From assembly GCA_002269645.1 (NCBI GenBank), contig NIVC01003344.1:1-64000 (forward strand): a stretch of DNA of 64,000 bases, read 5' to 3'. Position 1 is the stretch's first letter. The number at the start of each line of letters is the position of its first letter. This DNA comes from Macrostomum lignano. Lineage: Eukaryota. Shown here in pieces: positions 63,525 through 64,000 of the stretch. Position numbers and translations under genes: made by a program. Below the pieces are notes generated by a model. That model was not told where the DNA came from, searched no databases, and saw only the letters and a program-made list of their open reading frames with translations.

Positions 63525-64000
63525 AACATTACGCACAATCGACACCAAATATTAGACACAATTGACTCCCAAAATTTGGGACAATCGACACCAAATATTA
63601 GACACAGTTGACTCCCAAAATTTGGGACAATCGACACCAAATATTAGACACAATTGACTCCCAAAATTTGGGACAATCGACACCAAATATTAGACACAAT
63701 TGACTACCAAAATTTGGGACAATCGACACCAAATATTAGACACAATTGACTACCAAAATTTGGGACAATCGACACCAAATATTAGACACAGTTGACTCCC
63801 AAAATTTGGGACAATCGACACCAAATATTAGACACAATTGACTCCCAAAATTTGGGACAATCGACACCAAATATTAGACACAATTGACTACCAAAATTTG
63901 GGACAATCGACACCAAATATTAGACACAATTGACTACCAAAATTTGGGACAATCGACACCAAATATTAGACACAGTTGACTCCCAAAATTTGGGACAATC
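63525..64000. repeat. 46-bp minisatellite (CAATCGACACCAAATATTAGACACARTTGACTMCCAAAATTTGGGA)n, runs off the window end
   Basis: About 10 units. Confidence 0.95.

Overview
Eukaryotic (metazoan) genomic DNA, not prokaryotic: GC-rich exons, GT-AG introns and more than 30 tandem arrays. The style resembles the flatworm Macrostomum; this is inference and was not verified. Five multi-exon genes can be spliced by hand into open frames, all on the minus strand: TRAF4-like (544 aa), a caspase with two death-fold-like prodomains, BTBD10/KCTD20 (557 aa), a GT31 beta-1,3-galactosyltransferase-like enzyme (375 aa) and proteasome alpha-6 PSMA6 (247 aa). The last two exons of an unidentified minus-strand gene are also present. 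On the plus strand is a small secreted-peptide gene whose UGA sits at an apparent Cys position, followed by a short coding-like extension. Mobile DNA includes a Ty3/gypsy protease-RT relic joined to a Polinton/Maverick PLA2-integrase relic, LINE fragments, two copies of a tRNA-derived SINE with 14-bp TSDs (one split by a 2.4-kb hAT element, with the empty site visible in the other copy), three further hAT MITEs and a 4-kb foldback-like G-rich inverted repeat. Most introns carry their own minisatellite. Several arrays multimerise transcription-factor motifs: ARE in PSMA6, CRE+MEF2 in the caspase, AP-1 in TRAF4. Most long ORFs in the track are repeat artefacts. All assignments are by-eye motif recognition; no database searches were run.
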